Origin: Alkalilimnicola ehrlichii MLHE-1
GTDB taxonomy: Bacteria > Pseudomonadota > Gammaproteobacteria > Nitrococcales > Halorhodospiraceae
Assembly (NCBI RefSeq): GCF_000014785.1
Contig: NC_008340.1
Location: 390,001 to 422,000 of the forward strand
DNA: 32,000 nt
Direction: 5' to 3'
In this document: in pieces, positions 17,988 to 26,393 of the stretch
Layout of the letters: the number at the start of each line of letters is the position of its first letter
Position numbering within the stretch: the stretch's first letter is position 1
Translations under genes and position numbers: made by a program
The notes under the pieces: generated by a model
Seen by the model: only the letters and a program-made list of their open reading frames with translations
What the model was told of the DNA's origin: nothing
Databases searched by the model: none

Positions 17988-18147
17988 GGTCTTCTCCGGG
18001 GCGGGGATAACGGTCGCGGACCGTAAGCGGCAGGGATGCCGCTTACGAGCTACAGGGACGTACTTGCTGCGTGTCCGCGACCGTTATCCCCGCCCCGGAG
18101 AAGACCCCCCTCCGAAGCCCCCGAGAGCCCCAAAGGCCCGAAGGCCC
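17988..18147 (+). repeat. structured palindromic repeat, copy B (34-bp arms 17988-18021 and 18073-18106; 51-nt core 18022-18072; C-run tract 18105-18147)
   Basis: The arms are perfectly complementary. Core CGTAAGCGGCAGGGATGCCGCTTACGAGCTACAGGGACGTACTTGCTGCGT is 48/51 identical to the reverse complement of the copy A core. One of the three differences is a compensated base-pair change in the 11-bp hairpin. Confidence 0.9.
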
Positions 18148-18186
18148 GAAGCCGGCACATGCTCCGAAACCTACCGGGCCCGACAC

Positions 18187-19521
18187 TCAACCAACCAGGG
18201 ACTTGACGAAAACCCGCGACGCCCGATTCTGATCGTAGGCCCTGCGCCGGGCCTCGGGCAGGTCCTCCGGCGCGGCCGGCTGGAACCCCCGCTCCTGGAA
18301 CCAGTGCGCCGTCCGGGTCGTCAGCACGTAAAGCCGGTCCAGCCCTTCCGCCCGGGCGTCGGCCTCCACCTGGGCCAGCAGGGCGTCGCCCCGGCCACCG
18401 CCCCGGTAATCGGGATGCACCGCGAAGCCCGCCAGCTCGCCCGTGGTCGAGCCCGGGATCGGGTAGAGCGCCGAGCAGGCGATAATGCTGCCATCGCGCT
18501 CCACCACAATGAAGTGGTCGATATCCGTCTCCAGCAGATCCCGCGGCCGGCTCACCAGCGTGCCATCCCGCTCCAGCGGCTCCAGCAGGGCCACAATCCC
18601 CGGCACATCCTCCGGCGTGGCGCGGCGCTGGGTCTCAAACCGCTCCGGCGTCACCAGCGTCCCCACCCCGTCGCGGGTAAACAACTCCAACAGCAGGGCC
18701 CCGTCTCGGTGCCGGTCCAGCAGGTGCACCCGATGCACCCCGGAACTGCACGCCCGCAGCGCGCGCTCCAGCAGGCGGCCGGTCTCCTTCGTCAGGCAGC
18801 GCGGCGGCGCGTTCAGCAGGGCCCGGACCTGGCTCAGCGTCATCTCGCCCACCCGCTGGCCCCGGTCATCGCAGACCGACTCGCCCTCCTGCAGAAAGAT
18901 CAGCTTGTCGGCCCGCAACGCCCGCGCCGCCTCCAGCGCCACCTCATCGCCGGCCAGGTTGAACACCTCGCCCGTGCGCGAACAGCCCAGCGGCGAGAGC
19001 AGCACCATATCGCCATCGTCCAGGCGGGCGCGGATGCCCTCGGCATCCACCCGGCGCACCTCACCGGTGTGCTGGTAGTCCACCCCGTCGCGCACCCCCA
19101 GGGGCCGGGCCGTCACCAGATTGCCGGAGGCCAGTCGCAGGCGCGCGCCGGCCATCGGCGAATTGGCCAGGCCCATGGTGAACAGCGCCTCGATCTCCAG
19201 GCGCACCGCGCCCACCGCCTCCTTCACGCAGGCCAGGGCCGCATCGTCGGTGATCCGCAGGCCGTTGACATAGCGCAGCTCGGCGCCGCGCTCGCGCAGG
19301 CGCGCCTCCACCTGCGGCCGGGCCCCGGGCACCAGCACCAGGCGCACACCCAGGCTGGAGAGCAGCGCCAGGTCGTGGATGATGTCGGGGAAGTCGCCGT
19401 CCTGCAGCGCCGCGCCGGAGAAGGCCACCACAAAGGTGCGCCCCCGGTGGGCGTTGATATAGGGCGCGCTGTTGCGGAACCAGCGCACGTAGAGTTCCGG
19501 GTCCAGATCGCTGGTCTTCAT
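18187..19521 (-). CDS. argA: amino-acid N-acetyltransferase (N-acetylglutamate synthase)
   Basis: 444-aa ORF. N-terminal amino-acid-kinase-like domain (FRNSAPYINAHRGRTFVV, LVLVPGARPQ) and C-terminal GNAT domain (ELAGFAVHPDYRGGGRGDALL). Confidence 0.9.
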   Translation of the reverse strand: MKTSDLDPELYVRWFRNSAPYINAHRGRTFVVAFSGAALQDGDFPDIIHDLALLSSLGVRLVLVPGARPQVEARLRERGAELRYVNGLRITDDAALACVKEAVGAVRLEIEALFTMGLANSPMAGARLRLASGNLVTARPLGVRDGVDYQHTGEVRRVDAEGIRARLDDGDMVLLSPLGCSRTGEVFNLAGDEVALEAARALRADKLIFLQEGESVCDDRGQRVGEMTLSQVRALLNAPPRCLTKETGRLLERALRACSSGVHRVHLLDRHRDGALLLELFTRDGVGTLVTPERFETQRRATPEDVPGIVALLEPLERDGTLVSRPRDLLETDIDHFIVVERDGSIIACSALYPIPGSTTGELAGFAVHPDYRGGGRGDALLAQVEADARAEGLDRLYVLTTRTAHWFQERGFQPAAPEDLPEARRRAYDQNRASRVFVKSLVG

Positions 19522-19525
19522 CGGG

Positions 19526-20686
19526 TCAGGCCGGGTCGACGCAGAACTGCTTGATCAGCCGGCGCAGCCGCTCCACCGTGGGCGTGAGCCGGTCCAGCGC
19601 CAGGTATTCGTCCGGCTGGTGGGCCTGGGCGATGTCGCCGGGCCCCATCACCACCACGTCCAGCCCCATGTCGCGCAGGAAGGGTGCCTCGGTGCCGAAG
19701 GCCACCGCCTCGGCCGGGAAGCCGGTGAGCTGTTCGCTGGCGCGCACGATCTCCGCCGTCTCCGGGGTGGCCATGGGCTGCAGCCCCGGGAACAGCGAGC
19801 GCAGGTGCAGGTAGCGGGCCTGCTCGCCCAGCGCCGCCTCCAGCCGTTGGCGCAGCAGGTAGCGCAGCTCCTCCAGGCCCATTCCCGGCAGCGGGCGGAT
19901 GTCGATGTGCAGCTCCGCCTCGCCGCAGATGCGGTTGGGGTTGTCGCCGGCGTGCAGGTGCCCCAGGTTCATGGTGGGCACCGGGACGTCGAACCGGGCG
20001 TCCTGGTACTGCGCCTGCAGCTCGCCGCGCCACTCCAGCAGGGCGTTGAGCACCCGGGTCATCAGCTCCAGGGCGTTGCGGCCCAGGGCCGGGTTGCTGG
20101 AGTGGCCGGAGTGTCCCTCGATGCGGATGGCCTCCATCATCATGCCCTTGTGCGTGCGCACCGGGCGGCCGTTGGTGGGCTCGCCGATGATCGCGTGCCG
20201 GCCCAGGGGGTGTTGGCTCTCCACCAGGGCGCGGGCGCCGGTCATGCCCGACTCCTCGTCGGCGGTGGCCAGCAGCACCAGCGGTTGCTTGAGGTCCTGC
20301 GCGCGCAGGCCGCGGGCGGCCTCCAGGGCCAGGCCCAGGAAGGACTTCATGTCGGTGGTGCCCAGGCCGTAAAGGCGGCCGTCGCGCTCGGTGAGCACAA
20401 AGGGGTCAGAGGTCCAGAGCGCACCGTCGTAGGGTACGGTATCGGTGTGCCCGGAGAGCACCAGCCCGCCGGGGCCGCGGCCCAGGGTGGCGATCAGGTT
20501 GGCCTTGTCCGGATGGCCGGGTACCGGCTGGATCTCGCACACGAAGCCGGCGGCCTCGGCCCAGCCGGCGAGCAGATCGATGACCTCGCGGTTGCCCTGG
20601 TCCAGGGCCGGGTCCACGCTGCTGACCGAGGGGGTGGCAATCAGCCCCCTCAGCATGTCCATCAATGCCGGCGCCTCACCGCTCAT
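19526..20686 (-). CDS. argE: acetylornithine deacetylase (M20 family)
   Basis: Track ORF 19526..20956 trimmed to the ATG at 20686 (MSGEAPALMDMLRGLIATPSVSS...). Collinear with E. coli ArgE blocks: LSGHTDTVP, LYGLGTTDMKSF, LATADEESGM, IIGEPT, GHSGHSS, NLGHLHAGDNPNRICGEAELHIDIRPLPGM, QAHQPDEY. Confidence 0.9.
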   Translation of the reverse strand: MSGEAPALMDMLRGLIATPSVSSVDPALDQGNREVIDLLAGWAEAAGFVCEIQPVPGHPDKANLIATLGRGPGGLVLSGHTDTVPYDGALWTSDPFVLTERDGRLYGLGTTDMKSFLGLALEAARGLRAQDLKQPLVLLATADEESGMTGARALVESQHPLGRHAIIGEPTNGRPVRTHKGMMMEAIRIEGHSGHSSNPALGRNALELMTRVLNALLEWRGELQAQYQDARFDVPVPTMNLGHLHAGDNPNRICGEAELHIDIRPLPGMGLEELRYLLRQRLEAALGEQARYLHLRSLFPGLQPMATPETAEIVRASEQLTGFPAEAVAFGTEAPFLRDMGLDVVVMGPGDIAQAHQPDEYLALDRLTPTVERLRRLIKQFCVDPA

Positions 20687-20723
20687 GGCCACCCCGTTGT
20701 TCTCCGCTGCTTGTCCCAGGTCG

Positions 20724-21377
20724 TTACAGGGTATCACCCCAGCCACGGCGGCGCTTCCAGCGGATCCGCGGCAGGATAAGGCCGAGAATGAGCCCCACCA
20801 GCAGCACGCCGGCCCCGGCCAGGAACCAGTCGCGCTGGGTCTGGCGGGCGAGGGCGGTCTTGTCCGCCTCCAGTTCACGGATCTCCGCCTGCAGATCGCT
20901 GATGGTGGTCTGCAGGCGCTGGTGTTCGTCGGCCAGCTCAAGGCCCTCGCGGGCATCCTCCAGGCGGGCCTCCAGGCGGTCGCGCTCGCTCTCCAGCGCC
21001 GCCACCCGTTCGGCCAGCTCGTCGGCGTGCTCGCGGGTCTCGGCCAGTTGCGCCGCCATCTCCTCGCGCGCCTCCTCGGCCGCTTCCACCCGGCGGTTGG
21101 CCGCCTCCAGCCGCTGCCGGGCGCTGGGCTCGTTCATCAGGTGCCGGGTCTCGATCCAGCCCTCACGGCCCTGGCCGTCGCGCACCTGGGTCCAGTCACC
21201 GCTGCTGTCCAGCTGCTGCAACTGCGTGCCGGAGCTTACGAAGCGCAGGATGCGGTGCTGCATGCTCGGGCCGCTGCGCTTGGCCACCTCGAGCTGATCG
21301 CTGACGTAGACCTGGGCATGGGCGGTCAGGGGCAGGGCGGTGAGTAACAGGAGCAACAGCAAGCAAATCCGGCGCAC
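20724..21377 (-). CDS. SH3-domain / coiled-coil membrane protein (YgiM / TIGR04211-like)
   Basis: Track ORF 20724..21590 trimmed to the GTG at 21377, which has GGAGG 7 nt upstream. Signal peptide RRICLLLLLLLTALPLTAHA. SH3-like segment (GTQLQQLDSSGDWTQVRDGQGREGWIETRHL). Long coiled coil, then a C-terminal TM helix WFLAGAGVLLVGLILGLILP. Confidence 0.75.
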   Translation of the reverse strand: MRRICLLLLLLLTALPLTAHAQVYVSDQLEVAKRSGPSMQHRILRFVSSGTQLQQLDSSGDWTQVRDGQGREGWIETRHLMNEPSARQRLEAANRRVEAAEEAREEMAAQLAETREHADELAERVAALESERDRLEARLEDAREGLELADEHQRLQTTISDLQAEIRELEADKTALARQTQRDWFLAGAGVLLVGLILGLILPRIRWKRRRGWGDTL

Positions 21378-21544
21378 CGGCAACCTCCAGGGCTTCGAGT
21401 GGGGTGGACTGGGGCGAGAGTCGCTTCGCCCTCCCGGAGCCCGCGGAAAACGGGGCGGGAGGGCAGAGTTTAGCCGATGGGCGGGCGGGTAAAAACCGTG
21501 CGTGCGCGGGTTGCTTGCGTGCGGCCGGCGGCACGCGGCGCTGC

Positions 21545-21573
21545 TTGGTGAACGCGGGCGGGGGTGCGACAAT
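21545..21573 (+). promoter_or_regulatory. possible sigma-70 promoter for rlmI (TTGGTG - 17 nt - GACAAT)
   Basis: The hexamers are 17 nt apart. The -10 element ends 38 nt before the rlmI ATG, and GAGGAGG lies at 21599-21605. Pattern match only. Confidence 0.25.
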
Positions 21574-21611
21574 GCCGCCCCGCCCACCAAGCCCGCTTCG
21601 AGGAGGTCCCG

Positions 21612-22823
21612 ATGACGGCAGCATTGCCCCCATTACGCCTGAAACCCGGTGAGGACAAGCGCCTGCGCGCCGGCCACTTGTGGGTGTTCAGCAACGAGGT
21701 GGATATCGACGCGACCCCGCTGAAGGCCTTCGAACCGGGCCAGGACGCGCTCCTGGTGGACAGCCGCGGCCACGCCCTGGGCACGGTGTACGTCAACCCG
21801 GGCTCGCTGATCTGCGCCCGGCTGGTGAGCCGGGACAGCCGGTACCGGCTGGATGAGTCGCTGCTGGTCCACCGGCTGAAGCTGGCGCTGGGCCTGCGGG
21901 AGCGGTTGTTCGATGCGCCCTATTACCGGCTGGTGCATGGTGAGGCGGACGGCCTGCCGGGGCTGGTGATCGACCGGTTCGGTGATGCCTGCGTGGTGCA
22001 GGTGAACACGGCGGGGATGGAGCGGGTCCGCGACAGCATTGTCACAGCGCTGGGCCGGGTGCTGGGTGAGGGGCCGGTGCTGTTGCGCTGTGACAGCGCG
22101 GTGCGCGAGCTGGAGGGGCTGACGCGGTATCAGGCCTGGGGCAGTGGGCCGGAGGCGCAGACCCTGGAGGTGGTGGAGAACGGGGTGCGCTTCCAGGTGC
22201 CCGCGACCACCGGGCAGAAGACCGGCTGGTATTACGACCACCGGATGAACCGTCAGGCGCTGCGGCCCTGGGTCCCGGGGCGGCGGGTGCTGGATGTGTT
22301 CAGCTACATGGGCGCTTGGGGGGTGCAGGCGGCGGTGGCCGGCGCGGCCGAGGTCTTCTGCGTCGACAGCTCGGAGCAGGCCCTGGACGGTGTCGCGGAG
22401 AATGCCGCCCTGAATGGCGTGTCCGACCAGGTGGCGGGGGTACAGGGGGACGCCTTCGATGCCTTGGCGGAGTTGCGCCAGGCCAATGAGCGCTTCGATG
22501 TGGTGGTGGTGGACCCGCCGGCCTTTATCAAGCGCAAGAAGGATTTCCGTCAGGGTTTCAAGGCCTATCAGCGGTTGAACCGGATGGCGATGCAGTTGCT
22601 GAACAAGGAGGGCCTGCTGGTGACGGCCTCCTGCTCGGCGCACCTGCCGGAGCAGCGGCTGCTGGACGCGGCCCAGGCGGGGGCGCGCCACCTGGAGCGC
22701 AGCCTGCGCGTGGTGGCCCTGGGTCACCAGGGGCCGGACCACCCGGTGCACCCGGCGATCCCCGAGACCCGCTACCTGAAGGCCGCCTTCTGCCGGGTGT
22801 TGCCGGCGGGGAGCATGCCTTAG
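21612..22823 (+). CDS. rlmI: class I SAM-dependent 23S rRNA (cytosine-C5) methyltransferase, RlmI-like
   Basis: Track ORF trimmed to the ATG at 21612 (MTAALPPLRLKPGEDKRLRAGHLWVF). PUA-like N-terminus, YRLVHGEADGLPGLVIDRFGD, QKTGWYYDHR, and the SAM-MTase block DVVVVDPPAF, collinear with E. coli RlmI. Confidence 0.8.
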   Translation: MTAALPPLRLKPGEDKRLRAGHLWVFSNEVDIDATPLKAFEPGQDALLVDSRGHALGTVYVNPGSLICARLVSRDSRYRLDESLLVHRLKLALGLRERLFDAPYYRLVHGEADGLPGLVIDRFGDACVVQVNTAGMERVRDSIVTALGRVLGEGPVLLRCDSAVRELEGLTRYQAWGSGPEAQTLEVVENGVRFQVPATTGQKTGWYYDHRMNRQALRPWVPGRRVLDVFSYMGAWGVQAAVAGAAEVFCVDSSEQALDGVAENAALNGVSDQVAGVQGDAFDALAELRQANERFDVVVVDPPAFIKRKKDFRQGFKAYQRLNRMAMQLLNKEGLLVTASCSAHLPEQRLLDAAQAGARHLERSLRVVALGHQGPDHPVHPAIPETRYLKAAFCRVLPAGSMP

Positions 22824-22886
22824 CGGGCTTTTGGCGGCCCTCTCCGCTAGTTGGTGCTGGGGCTCCGCTTTGGTATGGCGGGTGCT

Positions 22887-23024
22887 GGGTCTGCCGGGGG
22901 CTTCGGGGGGTGCGGGTCGGCCCTTGGGGTGCTTCGGTTGCGGATACGCTGTGAATACATCCCTGTACGCTCGAAGGCCGCATCCCTGCGGCCTACGATC
23001 CGCAACCGAAGCACCCCAAGGGCC
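22887..23024 (-). repeat. structured palindromic repeat, copy C (G-run tract 22887-22916; 27-bp arms 22919-22945 and 22998-23024; 52-nt core 22946-22997)
   Basis: Arms GGCCCTTGGGGTGCTTCGGTTGCGGAT and ATCCGCAACCGAAGCACCCCAAGGGCC are perfectly complementary. Core ACGCTGTGAATACATCCCTGTACGCTCGAAGGCCGCATCCCTGCGGCCTACG aligns with the copy A core. Same orientation as copy A. Confidence 0.9.
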
Positions 23025-23142
23025 TCTCGGCAGGACCGACCCGGATATACCGTAAGCCTGACAGAGCGTGCACCCCGGACTGAGCCCGAAAAACACCCCC
23101 GCACCGGCCGGCTGGTCAGCGCAGCGGGGTCCCGCTAGCAGG

Positions 23143-24399
23143 TCACCGCTTCATCGAGTCAAAGAACTCGCCGTTGGTCTTGGTGTCCTTCAGCTTGTCC
23201 AGCAGGAACTCGATGGCGGCCAGGTCGTCCATCGGGTGCAGCAGCTTGCGCAGGATCCACACCTTCTGCAACTCGTCCGGCTTCATCAGCAACTCCTCGC
23301 GGCGGGTGCCCGAACGGTTGATGTTCACCGCCGGGTAGATCCGCTTCTCGGAGATGCGCCGGTCCAAGTGCAGCTCCATATTGCCGGTGCCCTTGAACTC
23401 CTCGTAAATCACCTCATCCATCCGCGAGCCGGTGTCCACCAGCGACGTGGCGATGATCGACAGACTGCCGCCTTCCTCCACATTGCGCGCCGCACCGAAG
23501 AAACGCTTCGGCCGGTGCAGGGCATTGGCGTCCACACCGCCGGTCAGCACCTTGCCCGACGAAGGCACCACCGTGTTATAGGCCCGGGCCAGACGGGTGA
23601 TGGAATCCAGCAGGATCACCACATCCTTCTTGTGCTCCACCAGCCGCTTGGCCTTCTCGATCACCATCTCCGCCACCTGCACGTGGCGGCTGGCCGGCTC
23701 GTCGAAGGTCGAGGAGACCACCTCGCCGCGCACCGAGCGCTGCATCTCCGTGACCTCCTCCGGGCGCTCGTCGATCAGCAGCACGATCAGATAGGTCTCG
23801 GGGTGGTTGGCGGTGATGCTCTGCGCGATGTGCTGCAGCAGCATCGTCTTACCCGCCTTGGGCGGCGAAACCAGCAGGCCGCGCTGGCCCTTACCGATGG
23901 GGGCGATCAGGTCGATGATCCGCGCGGTGAGATCTTCCGTGGAGCCGTTGCCGCGCTCCATGCGCATACGCTCGGTGGCGTGCAGCGGCGTGAGGTTCTC
24001 GAACAGCACCTTGTGCTTGGCGTTCTCCGGCGGCTCGAAGTTGATCTCATTGACCTTGAGCAGCGCGAAGTAGCGCTCACCATCCTTGGGCGGGCGGATC
24101 TTGCCCGCGATGGTGTCGCCGGTGCGCAGCGCGAAGCGCCGGATCTGGCTCGGCGAGACGTAGATATCGTCCGGCCCCGCCATGTATGAACTGTCGGCAG
24201 ACCTCAGAAAGCCGAAGCCATCCTGCAGGATCTCCAACACGCCATCGCCGTAGATGGGTTCGCCACCTTTGGCCTGCGACTTGAGTATGGAAAAGATGAC
24301 GTCCTGCTTGCGCGAGCGGGCCGTCCCCTCCACGCCCAGTTCCTGGGCCAGTTTCATCAGTTCAGCGGCGGGTTTCTGTTTTAGTTCCGTCAGGTTCAT
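23143..24399 (-). CDS. rho: transcription termination factor Rho
   Basis: Track ORF trimmed to the ATG at 24399 ([25 protein letters not shown]...). Long blocks are essentially identical to E. coli Rho: [86 protein letters not shown]. Confidence 0.97.
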   Translation of the reverse strand: MNLTELKQKPAAELMKLAQELGVEGTARSRKQDVIFSILKSQAKGGEPIYGDGVLEILQDGFGFLRSADSSYMAGPDDIYVSPSQIRRFALRTGDTIAGKIRPPKDGERYFALLKVNEINFEPPENAKHKVLFENLTPLHATERMRMERGNGSTEDLTARIIDLIAPIGKGQRGLLVSPPKAGKTMLLQHIAQSITANHPETYLIVLLIDERPEEVTEMQRSVRGEVVSSTFDEPASRHVQVAEMVIEKAKRLVEHKKDVVILLDSITRLARAYNTVVPSSGKVLTGGVDANALHRPKRFFGAARNVEEGGSLSIIATSLVDTGSRMDEVIYEEFKGTGNMELHLDRRISEKRIYPAVNINRSGTRREELLMKPDELQKVWILRKLLHPMDDLAAIEFLLDKLKDTKTNGEFFDSMKR

Positions 24400-24499
24400 G
24401 GTGTCTGCTTTCGGATCATGGCGGGGTCGGGCAAAGCGCACCGGGCGGTGCCTTTGCGACTGGGAGTCTGGATACAGGTGCTGTTTGAGCTGGGGAGGC

Positions 24500-24520
24500 G
24501 GGGCGCCGCAGGGGCGCCCC
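24500..24520 (-). terminator. GC-rich hairpin downstream of trxA, in the rho leader
   Basis: GGGGCGCC / GGCGCCCC, an 8-bp stem with a 5-nt loop, 20 nt past the trxA stop. No U-tract follows on the minus strand, so intrinsic-terminator function is doubtful. Confidence 0.3.
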
Positions 24521-24539
24521 GGCTAAAGGCTTTGGGGGC

Positions 24540-24866
24540 TTACAGGTTGCTGTCGATAAAAGCCGTCAGCTGCGACTTGGACAGGGCACCCACCTTGGTG
24601 GCCTCCACACCGCCGTTCTTGAACAGCATCAGCGTGGGGATACCACGGATGCCGTACTTCGGCGGGGTTTCCGGGTTCTCGTCGATGTTCAGCTTGACCA
24701 CCTTGAGCTTGCCCGCGTATTCGGAGGCGACCTCGTCCAGGATCGGGGTGATCATCTTGCACGGACCGCACCAGTCGGCCCAGTAGTCCACGAGTACCGG
24801 CTCGCCGGCCTTGATCACTTCGTCTTCGAAATTCTGATCGGTGGCGTGCACGATCTGTCCGCTCAC
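24540..24866 (-). CDS. trxA: thioredoxin
   Basis: 108-aa ORF with a GTG start preceded by GGGAGG. Active site [13 protein letters not shown], and [13 protein letters not shown]. Confidence 0.96.
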   Translation of the reverse strand: MSGQIVHATDQNFEDEVIKAGEPVLVDYWADWCGPCKMITPILDEVASEYAGKLKVVKLNIDENPETPPKYGIRGIPTLMLFKNGGVEATKVGALSKSQLTAFIDSNL

Positions 24867-25047
24867 GATAAAGCCTCCCGATTGGCTGTTCGGCGTAAAA
24901 TGATGCGCTTAGGGGATTTAAGGGGATAGTACTCGCTTATTGGCTGAGCAGGTACCCGGGATGACGCTGGCTGCAGGTATGAGCCTACCTATTTTGCGCT
25001 AACGATAGCGGGCGCGGGTTGGCGTGTCAAATGGCGTAATGTCGCGT

Positions 25048-25734
25048 TTATCCAGTGACCTGGGCCGGCGGCAGCACCTGGCGGAAGCAGCCCAGCAGCG
25101 GCACGTCGGCGGCCATGAGCGGCGCGGACCCGCTGTCCGGCTGGCGGATGCCCAGTACCGTGGCGATGCCATAGCGCCGGGCGCTGGCCAATGCGGCCAG
25201 GTTATCGTCAATCAGCACACTGCGCCCGGGCCGGAAGGGCGCGCGCTGTTGCAGCCGGTGCCAGAAGCCGTCCTCCTCCTTGGGCCGCTCCAGCTCATGG
25301 GCGCTCACCGCCGCGTCCAGGTGGGCGGCCAGGCCCGTGTGCGCCATCTTCAGTCGCAACACATCCGGGTGGGCATTGGTCACCAGGACCCGGCGCTTGC
25401 CACTGCGGCCCAGGGCCTGGAGAAAGTCCCGGGCGTAGGGGCGCCAGTCAATCAGGTGGGCGATCTCCCGTTTCAGCGCCATCATATCCACCGCCAGCTC
25501 CCGGCTCCAGTAATCCAGGCAGTACCACTCGATCCGCCCCTGAAGCCGTGCCATCCGCGGGAACACCTCCTGCTCGGCCTGAGCCGGCTCCAGGCCCTTC
25601 AGGGTCGCCAGCCGGTGGGGCAGGTGGTGTTTCCAGAAGAGGTTGTCGAAGCGCAGATCGAGCAGCGTGCCGTCCATGTCCAGCAGGACGGTGTCGGTGC
25701 GGGACCAATCGATGGTGGGCGCGGTGGTTGCCAT
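25048..25734 (-). CDS. HAD-superfamily hydrolase, YrfG (GMP/IMP nucleotidase)-like
   Basis: 228-aa ORF. HAD motif I LLDMDGTLLD, VTNAH, and motif IV LIDDN. Adjacent and divergent to nudE, reminiscent of E. coli nudE-yrfF-yrfG. Confidence 0.75.
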   Translation of the reverse strand: MATTAPTIDWSRTDTVLLDMDGTLLDLRFDNLFWKHHLPHRLATLKGLEPAQAEQEVFPRMARLQGRIEWYCLDYWSRELAVDMMALKREIAHLIDWRPYARDFLQALGRSGKRRVLVTNAHPDVLRLKMAHTGLAAHLDAAVSAHELERPKEEDGFWHRLQQRAPFRPGRSVLIDDNLAALASARRYGIATVLGIRQPDSGSAPLMAADVPLLGCFRQVLPPAQVTG

Positions 25735-25826
25735 GGCTGGATTCTACCACCCGGGGCGGTACTGGGGTATGCGCGGCGGGCGTGTACAATCGAAACCTGG
25801 TTACCGGATTGAGAGTGCCGCGCCCC

Positions 25827-26381
25827 ATGAGCAAGTACCCCGAGATCCTGCATCGCCGCACGGTGGCCCGTTCGCGGCTCTTCCGCGTCGAGGCGGTGGG
25901 GCTGCGTTTCAGTAACGGTGCCGAGGTGGAGTACGAACGTCTGGGCGGGACCTCCCACGGTGCGGTGCTGATCGTGGCCGTGGACGGCCAGGGGCGGGCG
26001 CAGTTGATCCGGGAATACGCGGCCGGCACCGGGCGTTACGAGCTGGGCCTGCCCAAGGGGCGGGTGGAGAAGGACGAGCCGCTGCTGGATGCCGCCAACC
26101 GTGAACTGCAGGAGGAGGTGGGCGTGGCCGCCCGGCGGCTCGAGTGGCTGCGCTCGCTGAGCCTGGCGCCCGGCTACCTCGCCCACCGCACCGAGGTGAT
26201 CCTGGCGCAGGATCTCTACCCCTCCCGTCTGCCCGGCGACGAACCGGAGCCTATCCAGGTGGTGCCCTGGGCGCTGGACGACCTGGAGGGCTTACTGGCC
26301 CAGGAGGACTTCAGCGAAGCGCGCAGCCTCGCCGCCCTCTACCTGGCCCGCGACCACCTGCGGGCCCGCGAGGCCCGGTAA
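25827..26381 (+). CDS. nudE: Nudix hydrolase, ADP-compounds hydrolase NudE-like
   Basis: Track ORF 25191..26381 trimmed to the ATG at 25827 (MSKYPEILHRRTVA...). Nudix box GLPKGRVEKDEPLLDAANRELQEEVGV. TACAAT at 25785-25790 could be its -10 element. Confidence 0.78.
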   Translation: MSKYPEILHRRTVARSRLFRVEAVGLRFSNGAEVEYERLGGTSHGAVLIVAVDGQGRAQLIREYAAGTGRYELGLPKGRVEKDEPLLDAANRELQEEVGVAARRLEWLRSLSLAPGYLAHRTEVILAQDLYPSRLPGDEPEPIQVVPWALDDLEGLLAQEDFSEARSLAALYLARDHLRAREAR

Positions 26382-26393
26382 CCGGCCAGCGCT

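Noticed and set aside
17710-18106. The repeats as a CRISPR array, integron attC sites, a retron msr/msd, or a tRNA-like gene
   Set aside because: CRISPR: there are only two local copies, they are inverted rather than direct, and there are no cas genes. attC: the arms lack the RYYYAAC/GTTRRRY core sites and there is no intI. Retron: there is no reverse transcriptase in 32 kb. tRNA: no cloverleaf or T-loop consensus is present. None of these fits.
17986-19554. Three track ORFs begin with similar peptides (ASVTDRRRQGCRLRATGTY, ITVADRKRQGCRLRATGTY, ASVADRRPQGCGLRAYRDV), which hints at a small conserved protein family
   Set aside because: The similarity is just translation of the repeated DNA core of elements A, B and C. 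Each of these ORFs is an N-terminal read-through of, or antisense to, a real gene (bioA, argA, rlmI). The elements occur in both orientations with no consistent start, stop or SD.
24867-25047. The AT-richer patch upstream of trxA as a possible foreign insertion or small gene
   Set aside because: It has no ORF with coding bias and no repeats or att-like features. It is most simply the trxA promoter region, with TACTAT and a GGGAGG SD on the minus strand. I could not place a convincing -35 element, so no promoter feature is reported.
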